Assembly (NCBI GenBank): GCA_045649645.1
Contig: JAZRQH010000172.1
Location: 32,214 to 96,213 of the forward strand
DNA length: 64,000 nucleotides
Source: Eubacteriales bacterium
Lineage (GTDB): Bacteria > Bacillota > Clostridia > Oscillospirales > CAG-272
Direction: 5' to 3'
The notes under the pieces were generated by a model. That model saw only the letters and a list, made by a program, of their open reading frames with translations. It made no database searches and was not told the DNA's origin. Position numbers and translations under genes: made by a program. Shown here piece after piece: positions 55,204-64,000 of the stretch. The stretch's first letter is position 1. Each line of letters begins with the position of its first letter.

Positions 55204-56877
55204 TCAATTATTTGCTTGATAAATTAATTCTTTTGCACTTGACAGAAGCTTTTCTGTTATTTGGGAACCACCCATGATTCGAGCGATCTCGCAAATACGC
55301 TCTTCTTCGTCAAGCGCTCTTACCGTTGTTTCTACTCTGTCACCGATCTGATTCTTTTCGATAAACAAATGATTATCGCAGGCAGAGGCAACCTGTGCGG
55401 AATGTGTTACACATAACACCTGTGCATATTCTCCGCTTGCCTTGAGCTTAAAGCCAAGCTTCTGAGCGGTCTTGCCTGAAATACCGGTATCTATCTCGTC
55501 ATAGATAAGAGTCTGGGTCCCCTCTCTCTTTGCAAACACTGTCTTCATAGCCAGCATTATTCTCGCAAGCTCACCGCCCGAAGCTATCTTAGACAGGGGC
55601 TTGGGAGCTTCACCGGGGTTTGTGGATATAAGGAAGCAGATATCGTCACAGCCGTATGAGTTTAATTCACAAGGCTTAATATCAACTTTGAACTTAACCT
55701 TATCCATATCAAGATAACAGAGCTCTGACATGATCTCACTCTCAAGCTTTTTTGCGCCTACCTTCCTTATCTCTGAAAGCTCAGCCGCAAGAGTGCTCGC
55801 TGTGTCAGTAAGAGAAATTATCTTCTTTTGATATTCCTCTGTCTGTATCTCGCTTAATTCTATAGAATCAAGAGCCTTAGCGGTCTTATCCCGATAATCA
55901 AGTATTTCATCAATGCTCTTACCGTATTTACGCTTAAGGCGGTTGATCGTATACAGTCTGCCCTCTATGACGTCAAGAGCCGCATCCGGATTTTCTATCT
56001 CGGCATCTCGCATATCATAGTAGGTTTCCGCTATATCGGTAAGCTCGCTTGATATCTCCTCAAGCTTATCGATATACTCTTCACCTTTAGGAAAGATGTC
56101 AGTCAGATTTTCTATAGATTTCTTTGCCATATCAATGAGCTGGCAAGCGCTTGTCCCCTTACTGTTATGATAAAGCGCTCTGTATACAACGCTGACATTT
56201 TTGGAGATACGCTCGAGATTCTTTATCTTAAGCTTTCTTTCCTCAAGCTCCTCCTCTTCGCCTCTGCGAAGCTTTGCGGAATCTATATCATCCAACTGAT
56301 ATTTATAAAGATCTATCATTCTCTGTTTCTCGGCATCATCCATGTTGAGTGAAGCTAAAGCCTTTTTTGTTTCACAGAGATCTGTGTAAACAGAATGATA
56401 TTCACCTCTGTCGATACCGTCGGCTATATATGCATCAAGTAACGACAGGTGTCGGGTATCGTCAAGCAAGGTCTGATTGTCGTGCTGACCGTGTATATTG
56501 ATTAAATACTTAAGCACTGACCGGAGCAAGGTAGCAGGTACAACACGTGAATTTAGTCTTGCCTTTGACTTTCCGTCAGAATATATATCACGCTGTACAA
56601 ATATTCCGCCCTCCTCGTCACATTCAACGCCAAGCTCGGCTATTGCCTTCTTGTTTGTGTCGGAGATGTCAGAGAAATAAGCCGATACCATTGCATGATC
56701 CTCGCCTCCTCGGACCAGATCTCTTGCGCTTCTGGCACCTGTCAGCAAGGATATAGAATCTATTATCATAGATTTACCTGCACCCGTTTCGCCAGTCAAA
56801 GCATTAAATCCGGGGCTGAATTCTATATCACAGCTTTTAATAACTGCAATATTGGATATATGAAGTGCAGAAAGCAT
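55204..56877 (-). CDS. recN: DNA repair protein RecN
   Basis: SMC-like. Has the N-terminal Walker [11 protein letters not shown], coiled-coil middle region, and signature/Walker [13 protein letters not shown]...[12 protein letters not shown]. Confidence 0.95.
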   Translation of the reverse strand: MLSALHISNIAVIKSCDIEFSPGFNALTGETGAGKSMIIDSISLLTGARSARDLVRGGEDHAMVSAYFSDISDTNKKAIAELGVECDEEGGIFVQRDIYSDGKSKARLNSRVVPATLLRSVLKYLINIHGQHDNQTLLDDTRHLSLLDAYIADGIDRGEYHSVYTDLCETKKALASLNMDDAEKQRMIDLYKYQLDDIDSAKLRRGEEEELEERKLKIKNLERISKNVSVVYRALYHNSKGTSACQLIDMAKKSIENLTDIFPKGEEYIDKLEEISSELTDIAETYYDMRDAEIENPDAALDVIEGRLYTINRLKRKYGKSIDEILDYRDKTAKALDSIELSEIQTEEYQKKIISLTDTASTLAAELSEIRKVGAKKLESEIMSELCYLDMDKVKFKVDIKPCELNSYGCDDICFLISTNPGEAPKPLSKIASGGELARIMLAMKTVFAKREGTQTLIYDEIDTGISGKTAQKLGFKLKASGEYAQVLCVTHSAQVASACDNHLFIEKNQIGDRVETTVRALDEEERICEIARIMGGSQITEKLLSSAKELIYQANN

Positions 56878-56886
56878 TATGTCTCC

Positions 56887-57345
56887 CTATCTTATATTCA
56901 GTATATTTCTGAAATTCTGTGTATATTCCTCTGCTTTTTCGGGTGTACGCATTACGATAAAAATGGTATCGTCACCCGCAATACTGCCGACTATCTCATT
57001 CCACCCGAGAGCATCTATGGCGGCGGCTGCCGCCTGTGCCATGCCCGCAAGGGTCTTAAGAACGATCATATTGCAAGCCGACTCAACGCTTATAATGGTC
57101 TCTCTTACAATATACTGATACTTTGAGGAATATATCTGTGAGTCATGGGTAGGAACGGCATACTTATACGCATTATGACCTGCCGCAACCTTAGTGAGCT
57201 TAAGCTCTCTTATGTCGCGGGATACGGTCGCTTGTGTAACGTCGTATCCTCTGTCCTTTAATTTTTCGATAAGCTCATCCTGAGTTTCTATATTATAAGA
57301 GTTAACAATCTTGATAATCTCGTTATGTCTTTTATACTTCATCAT
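56887..57345 (-). CDS. argR: Arginine repressor
   Basis: Winged-helix N-terminus (QDELIEKLKDRGYDVTQATVSRDIREL) and a C-terminal GTIAGDDT-like motif (GSIAGDDTIFIV). Confidence 0.9.
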   Translation of the reverse strand: MMKYKRHNEIIKIVNSYNIETQDELIEKLKDRGYDVTQATVSRDIRELKLTKVAAGHNAYKYAVPTHDSQIYSSKYQYIVRETIISVESACNMIVLKTLAGMAQAAAAAIDALGWNEIVGSIAGDDTIFIVMRTPEKAEEYTQNFRNILNIR

Positions 57346-57351
57346 ATACTC

Positions 57352-58143
57352 CTAATTCATTTTTTTACCCAACGTACGGTAGAAGCATTCATCCTTGATT
57401 CGCACTAATTTTGTAGTTATATCGGAACGTTTGATAGAAACCGATTCACCGTATCCAATCTCAAGGTTATCGCCGCCGTCAACGGTTATAAACATAGGTA
57501 TATCGCGGTCTGTTTCGTTTTTAACCGTGAGCTCTGTATTTCCGGAGAAGATAACGGGTCTGTTATTAAGCGAATGGGGACATACGGGGGTCGCAATAAG
57601 ACATTCCACGGCAGGGTCAACCACGGGTCCACCCGCAGCCATAGAATAAGCGGTTGAGCCGGTCGGGGTTGCAACTATCACACCGTCTGCGGTGTAATTT
57701 GAAAGAAACTGTCCATTACTGTAAAGTGAGAAGCTGACCATTTTCGAAACTCTGCCGTTGGAAAGAACAGCGTCGTTGAGCGCAATATTCTCGGCTCCGT
57801 CGGGAGTTGTAACCGACAGCATCATACGTTCCTCGATATGATAATCACCCGAAAAAAAACTTTCAATAAGATGAAGCTCATCCTTTTCAAGCTCAGCCAT
57901 ATACCCTATCCTGCCGAGATTAATGGAGAGTATGGGTATACCGTATCGTGCTGCGCTGTGGCTGGCTCTCATTATAGAACCGTCGCCGCCGAGAACGATA
58001 TACAGATCCGCCTCTGCGGACGGTGATATACCGTCGTGACAAACCGTATAGGTACAGCCATATGTGTCAAGCAGCTTTGTGAGCTTGCTCGTATAGATAA
58101 GTTCCTTATCCTTCTGTTTGTTGGGAATTACAACAACCTTCAT
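57352..58143 (-). CDS. nadK: NAD kinase
   Basis: GGDGS(I/M) motif (VLGGDGSIMRA), NLGRIGYM, and TPTGSTAYSMAAGGP. Confidence 0.92.
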   Translation of the reverse strand: MKVVVIPNKQKDKELIYTSKLTKLLDTYGCTYTVCHDGISPSAEADLYIVLGGDGSIMRASHSAARYGIPILSINLGRIGYMAELEKDELHLIESFFSGDYHIEERMMLSVTTPDGAENIALNDAVLSNGRVSKMVSFSLYSNGQFLSNYTADGVIVATPTGSTAYSMAAGGPVVDPAVECLIATPVCPHSLNNRPVIFSGNTELTVKNETDRDIPMFITVDGGDNLEIGYGESVSIKRSDITTKLVRIKDECFYRTLGKKMN

Positions 58144-58858
58144 AGCGAAAACGTCCTATATACTCAGTATTACCGTCTCCTCCCTTGATGGGAGATACGA
58201 TCTTATCAACAAAAACAAACCCGCATGCAGACGCCGATTCGATGACCTTATCAACTGCGATCTGTCTTGCTTTTTCATCCTTAACAATACCGTTTTTACC
58301 GATATTCGATCTGCCAACCTCAAACTGCGGCTTGATCAGCGTTATGAGGTCAGCTCCGTTCTTGAGAACGGAAGCCAAAGCGGGGTGAATAAGCGTCTGG
58401 GAAATAAAGGAAACGTCCATAACGCAAACGTCTATCGCCTCGGAAATTATTTCCCGGGAAATATCTCTGGCATTACAACCCTCGATAGAGATCACTCTGC
58501 CATCCTTTTCAAGATCGGCATCAAGCTGCCCGTGTCCGCAGTCAACTGCGTAGACCTTAGCCGCTCCCTCCTGTAACAGACAGTCGGTAAATCCGCCTGT
58601 GGATGCACCGACGTCAAGACAGACCTTGCCGATGACGTTTAGCTTAAAGCTATCCACAGCACCCTTAAGCTTGAGACCTCCGCGACTGACATAAGGCATT
58701 ACCTCGCCCCGTATCTCAATCACAGAGTCACCTAAGCTCTTCGAAGCTTTGGTAACCTTGACACCGTCGGCGTACACAAGGCCTTCGTCTATCATATCCT
58801 GAGCCTTTTTACGACTCTTGGCTATTCCCTTTTCTACAAGGTAAAGATCAGCTCTCAT
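58106..58858 (-). CDS. tlyA: TlyA family rRNA 2'-O-methyltransferase (S4 domain + FtsJ-like)
   Basis: MRADLYLVEKGIAKSRKKAQ (S4), YVSRGGLKL and the SAM loop DVGASTGGFTD. The 3' end overlaps nadK by 38 nt. Confidence 0.88.
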   Translation of the reverse strand: MRADLYLVEKGIAKSRKKAQDMIDEGLVYADGVKVTKASKSLGDSVIEIRGEVMPYVSRGGLKLKGAVDSFKLNVIGKVCLDVGASTGGFTDCLLQEGAAKVYAVDCGHGQLDADLEKDGRVISIEGCNARDISREIISEAIDVCVMDVSFISQTLIHPALASVLKNGADLITLIKPQFEVGRSNIGKNGIVKDEKARQIAVDKVIESASACGFVFVDKIVSPIKGGDGNTEYIGRFRYEGCCNSQQTEG

Positions 58859-59742
58859 TTATTACGGTTCAAAAGATAATCCGCAAAATCACAAAGAATC
58901 TCACTGTTCGGAAAATCCTTGATCACTGATTTTGCTTCCTCGGTAAGCTTTCTTGCCTCCTCAAACGCCTTTTCCACAGACATAAAGGTCATAAACGTGG
59001 TCTTGTTCTGCTCTTCATCGCTTCCGATAGGCTTGCCGAATATCTCCTCATCGCCTATTTTATCAAGGATATCATCTATTATCTGGAAAGCAAGACCTAT
59101 ACAGGACGCATATTTGTCAGCTGCCTCGTATTTTGTGCTATCGCACTTATCACCTGCCGCAAGGCAACCTAAAAGGGATGCGCATCTTATAAGACAGCCT
59201 GTCTTTCTGGCGTGGAGGTATTTAAGTGTATCCATATCTATACTCTTGCCCTCAGAAATAAGGTCGATCTGCTGACCGCCCACCATGCCCATAGGACCTG
59301 ACATAGAAGCAAGAAGATTGATCGCCTTAACGGTATTCTCGGCAGAAACGAGCTTGTTAGCTGAGGCAACCTCGAAGGCATAAGTCAGAAGTGCGTCGCC
59401 GCAGAGAAGCGCGTTTGCTTCACCGAACTTAACGTGATTGGTAGGCTTACCGCGGCGAAGTGTATCGTTATCCATACAAGGAAGATCGTCATGCACCAAG
59501 GAATAAGAATGGATACATTCAATAGCTACCGCAAAAGGCAGAACCGCCGCATCCTCACCGCCCCAGAGCCTGGAGAACTCAAGTGCAAGGAAGGGTCTGA
59601 CACGCTTTCCGCCGTCAAGTACACCGTAACGCATCGCATCAAAAAGCACGGGGTACTTATCGTCATTAATCGAAAAATATTTTTCAAGAGTGCGCTCCAT
59701 AAGGGCCGCATCGTCATTTATTCTTTTCTTTAAATCACTCAT
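58855..59742 (-). CDS. ispA: Polyprenyl (farnesyl/geranylgeranyl) diphosphate synthase
   Basis: First and second Asp-rich motifs LVHDDLPCMDNDTLRRG and FQIIDDILD. Confidence 0.9.
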   Translation of the reverse strand: MSDLKKRINDDAALMERTLEKYFSINDDKYPVLFDAMRYGVLDGGKRVRPFLALEFSRLWGGEDAAVLPFAVAIECIHSYSLVHDDLPCMDNDTLRRGKPTNHVKFGEANALLCGDALLTYAFEVASANKLVSAENTVKAINLLASMSGPMGMVGGQQIDLISEGKSIDMDTLKYLHARKTGCLIRCASLLGCLAAGDKCDSTKYEAADKYASCIGLAFQIIDDILDKIGDEEIFGKPIGSDEEQNKTTFMTFMSVEKAFEEARKLTEEAKSVIKDFPNSEILCDFADYLLNRNK

Positions 59743-59938
59743 TTGTCTGCTCCTTGGTCAAAACCGTGATCTTCATCTGCGCCTCGTCAAGCTCCTTTGT
59801 GCAGGAACGTACAAGGGCCGTCCCCTCCTCAAAGAGCGCAAGGGACTTATCAAGCTCTGCGTCCGAGGATTCAAGAGTTCTGACTATTTCTTCAAGACGC
59901 TTGAGATTCTGCTCAAAGGTCTTTTTATTTTCATCCAT
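59735..59938 (-). CDS. xseB: Exodeoxyribonuclease VII small subunit
   Basis: 67 aa with FEQNLKRLEEIVRTLES...L(D/E)KSLALFEEG, typical of XseB. Overlaps xseA and ispA. Confidence 0.9.
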   Translation of the reverse strand: MDENKKTFEQNLKRLEEIVRTLESSDAELDKSLALFEEGTALVRSCTKELDEAQMKITVLTKEQTNE

Positions 59939-61223
59939 TATTTTTCTCCTTTATCTCGACAGCTTCGGCAACAATAATACCGTCGCTGACATTAAGGCTT
60001 AATCTATCACCGATATCAACATTTTCAACAGACTTAACGAGCGCTCCGTCGTCATCAAACACGGCACTGTAGCCTCTTGATATGACCGACATAGGGTTGA
60101 GAGCTTCCAATTTAGCGGTCAGGCGTACGTAATCGGTTCTGCTTTTTTCGTAAATATATCTGATATCGCTGTATAGCGATATTTCTGCGTTGGATATCTT
60201 GCTTGCCCTGTTGTCGATAATACGATGCATGCTTGCGCACAGCTTATCGCGCATACGTTCTGTATACAGACGTTTATCGTCAACGAGATTCAACGGAGAC
60301 TGCAGCACTCTGTTTTTAGAGCATTTTTCAACCTTAAGTCTGTACGAGGATATGCGCAGAGAAAGGTTGTTCTCCATCTTCTTGACAACGTTGCCAAGCT
60401 GACGCTTAAGGTCCCTTACGTCGGGCACCGCAAGCTCTGCTGCCGCCGAGGGTGTCGGTGCACGAAGATCGCTTACAAAATCGCAGATCGTAAAATCAGT
60501 CTCGTGTCCTACAGCAGAAATTACAGGTATGGGACATTCAAATATCTTCCTTGCAAGCTTTTCCGAATTAAATGACCACAGATCCTCTATCGATCCACCG
60601 CCTCTACCGATTATTATGGTGTCAACGTTTCTCTTTTTTGAAAAATATTCAATACCTCTGCAAAGATCCTCCTCGGCATCCTTACCCTGCACAAGGCTCG
60701 GGTACAGTATCATCTCAGCTATCGGGTATCTGCGGGATAATATGTTCCTTATATCCTGTATAGCCGCACCGGTTTCAGAGGTTATAACACCAATGGACCT
60801 CGGATATCTTGGTATTGCTTTCTTTCGTGAGGCATCAAACAGACCCTCCTCAGCAAGCTTCTTTTTTGTCTCTTCAAACTTGAGATATAGATCGCCGATA
60901 CCGTCCGCATCAAGCTTATCTACGTAAAATATGAACTGTCCGTCGCGGACAAACATCGATACTCTGCCATGGGCAGTTACCTTCATACCGTCCTTAGGAA
61001 CGAAGGTAAGCTTAGAAGCATAGGAAGAAAACATCACACAACGGACCTGTGCATCTTCATCCTTTATTGAAAAGTAAAAATGCCCGCTTTTATAGTGGTT
61101 TGTAAAATTGGATATCTCACCTCTTATATTGACCGAAGCCAGATAAGAGTTACCTTCAACTATTCTTTTTACAAAATCGTTAAGCGCCTTAACGCTCAGA
61201 ACAGTATTATCGGAAAAGTTCAT
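59931..61223 (-). CDS. xseA: Exodeoxyribonuclease VII large subunit
   Basis: OB-fold N-terminus (VNIRGEISNFTNHYKSGHFYFSIKD), IGVITSETGAAIQD, GRGGGSIEDLW and SAVGHETD. Confidence 0.93.
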   Translation of the reverse strand: MNFSDNTVLSVKALNDFVKRIVEGNSYLASVNIRGEISNFTNHYKSGHFYFSIKDEDAQVRCVMFSSYASKLTFVPKDGMKVTAHGRVSMFVRDGQFIFYVDKLDADGIGDLYLKFEETKKKLAEEGLFDASRKKAIPRYPRSIGVITSETGAAIQDIRNILSRRYPIAEMILYPSLVQGKDAEEDLCRGIEYFSKKRNVDTIIIGRGGGSIEDLWSFNSEKLARKIFECPIPVISAVGHETDFTICDFVSDLRAPTPSAAAELAVPDVRDLKRQLGNVVKKMENNLSLRISSYRLKVEKCSKNRVLQSPLNLVDDKRLYTERMRDKLCASMHRIIDNRASKISNAEISLYSDIRYIYEKSRTDYVRLTAKLEALNPMSVISRGYSAVFDDDGALVKSVENVDIGDRLSLNVSDGIIVAEAVEIKEKNNG

Positions 61224-62127
61224 CTTTCAATTTATCATACGTAAGCAACGCAGTGCCCGCTGCATTGTCCGAGGAATATGCAGGCTCGGCAAAATATGCT
61301 CCGTACTTTTGCTTAAAATAATTTTTAATTTGTTTGTTGCTCATAACACCGCCCGAATACACCAAGGGTAAGCCGGAGTAGTCGGCAAGTAGATTTTCGG
61401 TCATCTTATCAAGTGTACGGAGAACAAAATCTATTGTAAAGGACGCTACGTCCTCTTTTGAAGCTCCGTCCTTATACATCTTTGATGCAAGGTTTTCAAG
61501 TCCTGACATATTACAGTCGTAGCCCTTGACGCTTATCTTACACTTGTCAGCGTTTCCGTTTTCGGAAAGCTTTTCAAGCTGGGCACCGCACGGAAAGGAC
61601 AGACCCATCATAACGCCCACACGGTCGATCGCCTGACCCGCAGTCAGATCGTTTGTGCCGCCGATGAGCTTTATATCACCGTTCTTTACGTGAAGCACCT
61701 CAGTGGTACCGCCCGACAGATGAAATGCAAGATATTCTCTGCCCAAAAGATGCTCCGCCTCAGCTGAATACAGTGCCGCTCTTATATGTCCTCTCTGATG
61801 AGAAAAAGCAACACAGGGTATATCAAGCAAAGCGGCAAGTGACTGTGCATAAGCTTTGCCGCAAAGAAAGCAAGGCATATATGAGCCCTCGTTGTCTCTG
61901 GGATAAGCGCTGTAACCAACAGCGCAGATGTCCGCTTTACCTAACATGCGTGCTACCTCAGGCAGGTTAACGGTATGAGCAAAAACAGCATCACTCTGTC
62001 TTAAACCTCTTTCTCCTGCCTTTACGGGTAAAAGCATCTTTTGATTCGAGACGATCTTACCATCAGAGGAGCAAAGCGCCATAGAGGTAGTATAGTTACT
62101 GGTATCTATACCGAGTATATAACTCAT
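61207..62127 (-). CDS. Divergent Kae1/TsaD (peptidase M22, ASKHA) family protein
   Basis: ILGIDTSNYTTSMAL N-terminus, an HQRGH metal-site-like motif, and HLSGGTTE and YSGGVMSN phosphate-loop-like motifs, all in the TsaD order. The sequence differs clearly from canonical TsaD (no GGVVPELASR). Confidence 0.65.
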   Translation of the reverse strand: MSYILGIDTSNYTTSMALCSSDGKIVSNQKMLLPVKAGERGLRQSDAVFAHTVNLPEVARMLGKADICAVGYSAYPRDNEGSYMPCFLCGKAYAQSLAALLDIPCVAFSHQRGHIRAALYSAEAEHLLGREYLAFHLSGGTTEVLHVKNGDIKLIGGTNDLTAGQAIDRVGVMMGLSFPCGAQLEKLSENGNADKCKISVKGYDCNMSGLENLASKMYKDGASKEDVASFTIDFVLRTLDKMTENLLADYSGLPLVYSGGVMSNKQIKNYFKQKYGAYFAEPAYSSDNAAGTALLTYDKLKDELFR

Positions 62128-62535
62128 TTATCCCTTCAAACCCTTGTTGGAAGCAACGGTATTGAGAACACCGTTGACAAACTTAGGCGCCTTTTCATCG
62201 TCGTATTTCTTTGCAAGCTCTACGGCCTCGTTGATAGAAACCGCAAAGGGCACGTCCTTAAGATTGAGCATCTCGTAAACAGAAATACGCATTATATTAA
62301 GAACCACCTTTGATAAGCGGGAGAGTTTCCAGCCCTTGGCGGTAGCAGCGATCTCTGCATCAAGAGATTCCTTATTTTCAAGAACGCCAAAGAACACAGT
62401 CTTTAAATATTCATCGTCCTCGTAACCGCCTATTTCAAGAGCACTTGCGTAAAACTCTTTGAAATCCTCATCAACCTTAAAATCTGCTTCGAACAGCATT
62501 ATAAATGCTGCTTCTCTGTATCCGCGTCTGTCCAT
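62128..62535 (-). CDS. nusB: Transcription antitermination factor NusB
   Basis: 135 aa. RRGYREAAFIMLFE, the central RLSKVVLNIMRISVYE and the C-terminal KFVNGVLN are typical of NusB. Confidence 0.92.
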   Translation of the reverse strand: MDRRGYREAAFIMLFEADFKVDEDFKEFYASALEIGGYEDDEYLKTVFFGVLENKESLDAEIAATAKGWKLSRLSKVVLNIMRISVYEMLNLKDVPFAVSINEAVELAKKYDDEKAPKFVNGVLNTVASNKGLKG

Positions 62536-62572
62536 TTGTTTCCCTTTCGGATGATATAATTATAGATAATAT

Positions 62573-62601
62573 ATTGTATAATAAAAATAACAAAATGTCA
62601 A
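62573..62601 (-). promoter_or_regulatory. Sigma-A promoter for the nusB-led gene train (TTGACA-N17-TACAAT)
   Basis: On the minus strand, TTGACA at 62601..62596, a 17-nt spacer, and TACAAT at 62578..62573. Confidence 0.5.
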
Positions 62602-62679
62602 CATATTTATACAGTATATACCGAATATTCTGTATATAATTAAAAATTTATAAAAACTTAATACTATTTGAGATAATTG

Positions 62680-62688
62680 TGCTATAAT
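62680..62688 (+). promoter_or_regulatory. Extended -10 element (TGCTATAAT) for the small membrane-protein gene
   Basis: TGnTATAAT lies 30 nt upstream of ATG 62718. No good -35 element is present. Confidence 0.4.
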
Positions 62689-62717
62689 GTATACATCAAA
62701 CAGTAAAGGACAATGAA

Positions 62718-63122
62718 ATGAAACATATCAAATCTTTATTAACTAACGTACTCTTCCCTGCCTCTTTTTTCTTTACCTTATACAGTATTTTCATTTATCT
62801 TGTAAACTCTTCCGCCGATGGCGGCAAAGACCTGTTGAAGAAATTTTTATTAGTTTTATCCTATTGCCTTATTATCGCATTGGCAAATAATATATTCAAA
62901 ACAGAGCTTTCCATCTTAATTAAAGTCGTTATACACTATCTGGCATTCCTTCTGCCCCTCATCGGTATTGTCGTTATAATCGGCAACAACGGTGCAATCG
63001 GCGGCGTGTTTATGGTAGTAACGGTTGTCTATGCAATAGTCGCAACCCCAATACTTCTGATCCGTACGGTCCTCAATAAGAAAGAAAATGAGGAGCAGAA
63101 ATACGACAGTCAGTTTAAATAA
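62718..63122 (+). CDS. Small integral membrane protein (4 predicted helices), function unknown
   Basis: 134 aa with four hydrophobic stretches and a basic/acidic C-terminal tail. AAAGGA Shine-Dalgarno. Confidence 0.6.
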   Translation: MKHIKSLLTNVLFPASFFFTLYSIFIYLVNSSADGGKDLLKKFLLVLSYCLIIALANNIFKTELSILIKVVIHYLAFLLPLIGIVVIIGNNGAIGGVFMVVTVVYAIVATPILLIRTVLNKKENEEQKYDSQFK

Positions 63123-63130
63123 AACAAGAA

Positions 63131-63161
63131 AAGAGCTATCAAACGATAGCTCTTATTTTTT
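63131..63161. terminator. Bidirectional terminator shared by the membrane-protein gene and murE
   Basis: AAGAGCTATC-AAAC-GATAGCTCTT followed by ATTTTTT. The downstream (higher-coordinate) arm encodes the last murE codons. Confidence 0.6.
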
Positions 63162-64000
63162 GTGCTGTCTTAACAACAATATCATACTCGCTAAACGGAA
63201 CCTTTTCATTACCTATAAGCTGATAATCCTCGTGTCCCTTTCCCGCAAGAAGAATTACGTCGCCTGCCTTTGCGTTTGCAACGGCATATTCAACCGCTTC
63301 TGTGCGGTCAGCGAAGCGAAGATAAGGTGTCTCACCGAGAAAACTGCATATCTCGTCAATTATCTTATTGGGATCCTCGTTTCCGGGGTTGTCACTTGTA
63401 ACGATGGCAAGATCAGCATATTCTCTTGCTACCTCGGCAAGCTCCTTACGGCGAAGCTGAGTACGGTCACCCACCGAGCCGAACAAAACGATAAGACGCT
63501 CGGGCTCGTATTCTCTGATCGTTTTAAGAACACTTTCGAGGCTAAGTCCGTTATGAGCGTAGTCAATAATAACGGTAGCATCAGGCAAAGCATCAACGAT
63601 CTCAAATCTGCCCTTAACTCTTGTTGTAGGCAGATATTTTATTATCTGAGCGGATGTAACACCGCACTGCAGGCAAACGGTATATGCACATAGCGCGTTA
63701 TATACACTGTATATACCGGGGGTGGCTATCTTAAGCTCTGTTATAACGTCGTTATAACGGCATTTGAATTTAACACCAAGACAGCCCGATTCTGACCATC
63801 GGTCAATATCATAGGCGCAACAATCACCGTCTTTAACGGAATAGGTTATGACCTTTCCCGCAGCCGCTTTGATCATATACGAAGCGTCATCGTCATCGCA
63901 ATTTACGACAGATACCTTGCTTCTTGCAAAAAGACCTGCTTTGCAGGTGCGATATTCGTCGTAATCAGCATGCTCACCCTCACCGATGTGGTCGGGTGAA
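63139..64000 (-). CDS. murE: Mur ligase, MurE type (UDP-MurNAc-L-Ala-D-Glu:diamino-acid ligase), C-terminal part; gene runs off the right edge
   Basis: VIIDYAHNGLSLESVL, the C-terminal domain and LLAGKGHEDYQ. The frame is open to position 64000 (SPDHIGEGEH...VNCDDDD). Confidence 0.88.
   Translation of the reverse strand, partial: SPDHIGEGEHADYDEYRTCKAGLFARSKVSVVNCDDDDASYMIKAAAGKVITYSVKDGDCCAYDIDRWSESGCLGVKFKCRYNDVITELKIATPGIYSVYNALCAYTVCLQCGVTSAQIIKYLPTTRVKGRFEIVDALPDATVIIDYAHNGLSLESVLKTIREYEPERLIVLFGSVGDRTQLRRKELAEVAREYADLAIVTSDNPGNEDPNKIIDEICSFLGETPYLRFADRTEAVEYAVANAKAGDVILLAGKGHEDYQLIGNEKVPFSEYDIVVKTAQKIRAIV

Noticed and set aside
58106-58143. 38-nt overlap of the tlyA 3' end with the nadK 5' end, considered as a possible frameshift or fusion
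   Set aside because: Both proteins are full-length with normal termini in their own frames. Overlaps of this kind recur throughout this compact gene train.

Overview
The window looks like a low/moderate-GC, spore-forming Firmicute of class Clostridia. Supporting features are PolC plus DnaE, an intact pro-sigma-K gene, ylmC/ymxH, whiA and a SAM-I riboswitch. About 85% of the coding sequence is on the minus strand. Two long co-directional housekeeping trains dominate. The first is rpsB-tsf-pyrH-frr-uppS-cdsA-dxr-rseP-ispG-polC (18.4 to 5.8 kb). The second is nusB-(TsaD-like)-xseA-xseB-ispA-tlyA-nadK-argR-recN-tyrS-murB-(short rapZ)-whiA-dnaE (62.5 to 48.4 kb). Between them lie metK with its riboswitch, pfp-nitroreductase-serC-serA, recD2-comFC, pgi, dacB, a class A PBP, cca and sigK. 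I found no CRISPR array, transposase, integrase, phage gene or recognisable defence system, and nothing I can confidently call a new system. The only accessory-looking stretch is about 33.0-42.7 kb. It holds a tightly coupled four-gene operon (Ppx/GppA-like, TrmH-like, HxxxDG acyltransferase, zinc-ribbon polytopic membrane protein). It also holds a 271-aa protein with 27 cysteines behind a sigma-K-like promoter, a 1,520-aa SLH/LRR surface protein, and an orphan 135-aa P-loop protein with high-expression codon usage. Other points worth a second look: a RapZ homologue reduced to its C-terminal domain with yvcK absent, a possible SD-sequestering pseudoknot in the rpsB leader, araB paired with a FucI/AraA-superfamily isomerase, rseP apparently starting at AUU, and a PolC tail with a duplicated clamp-motif-like pentapeptide. 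All functional calls come from reading the translations and motifs by eye. No database search was run.
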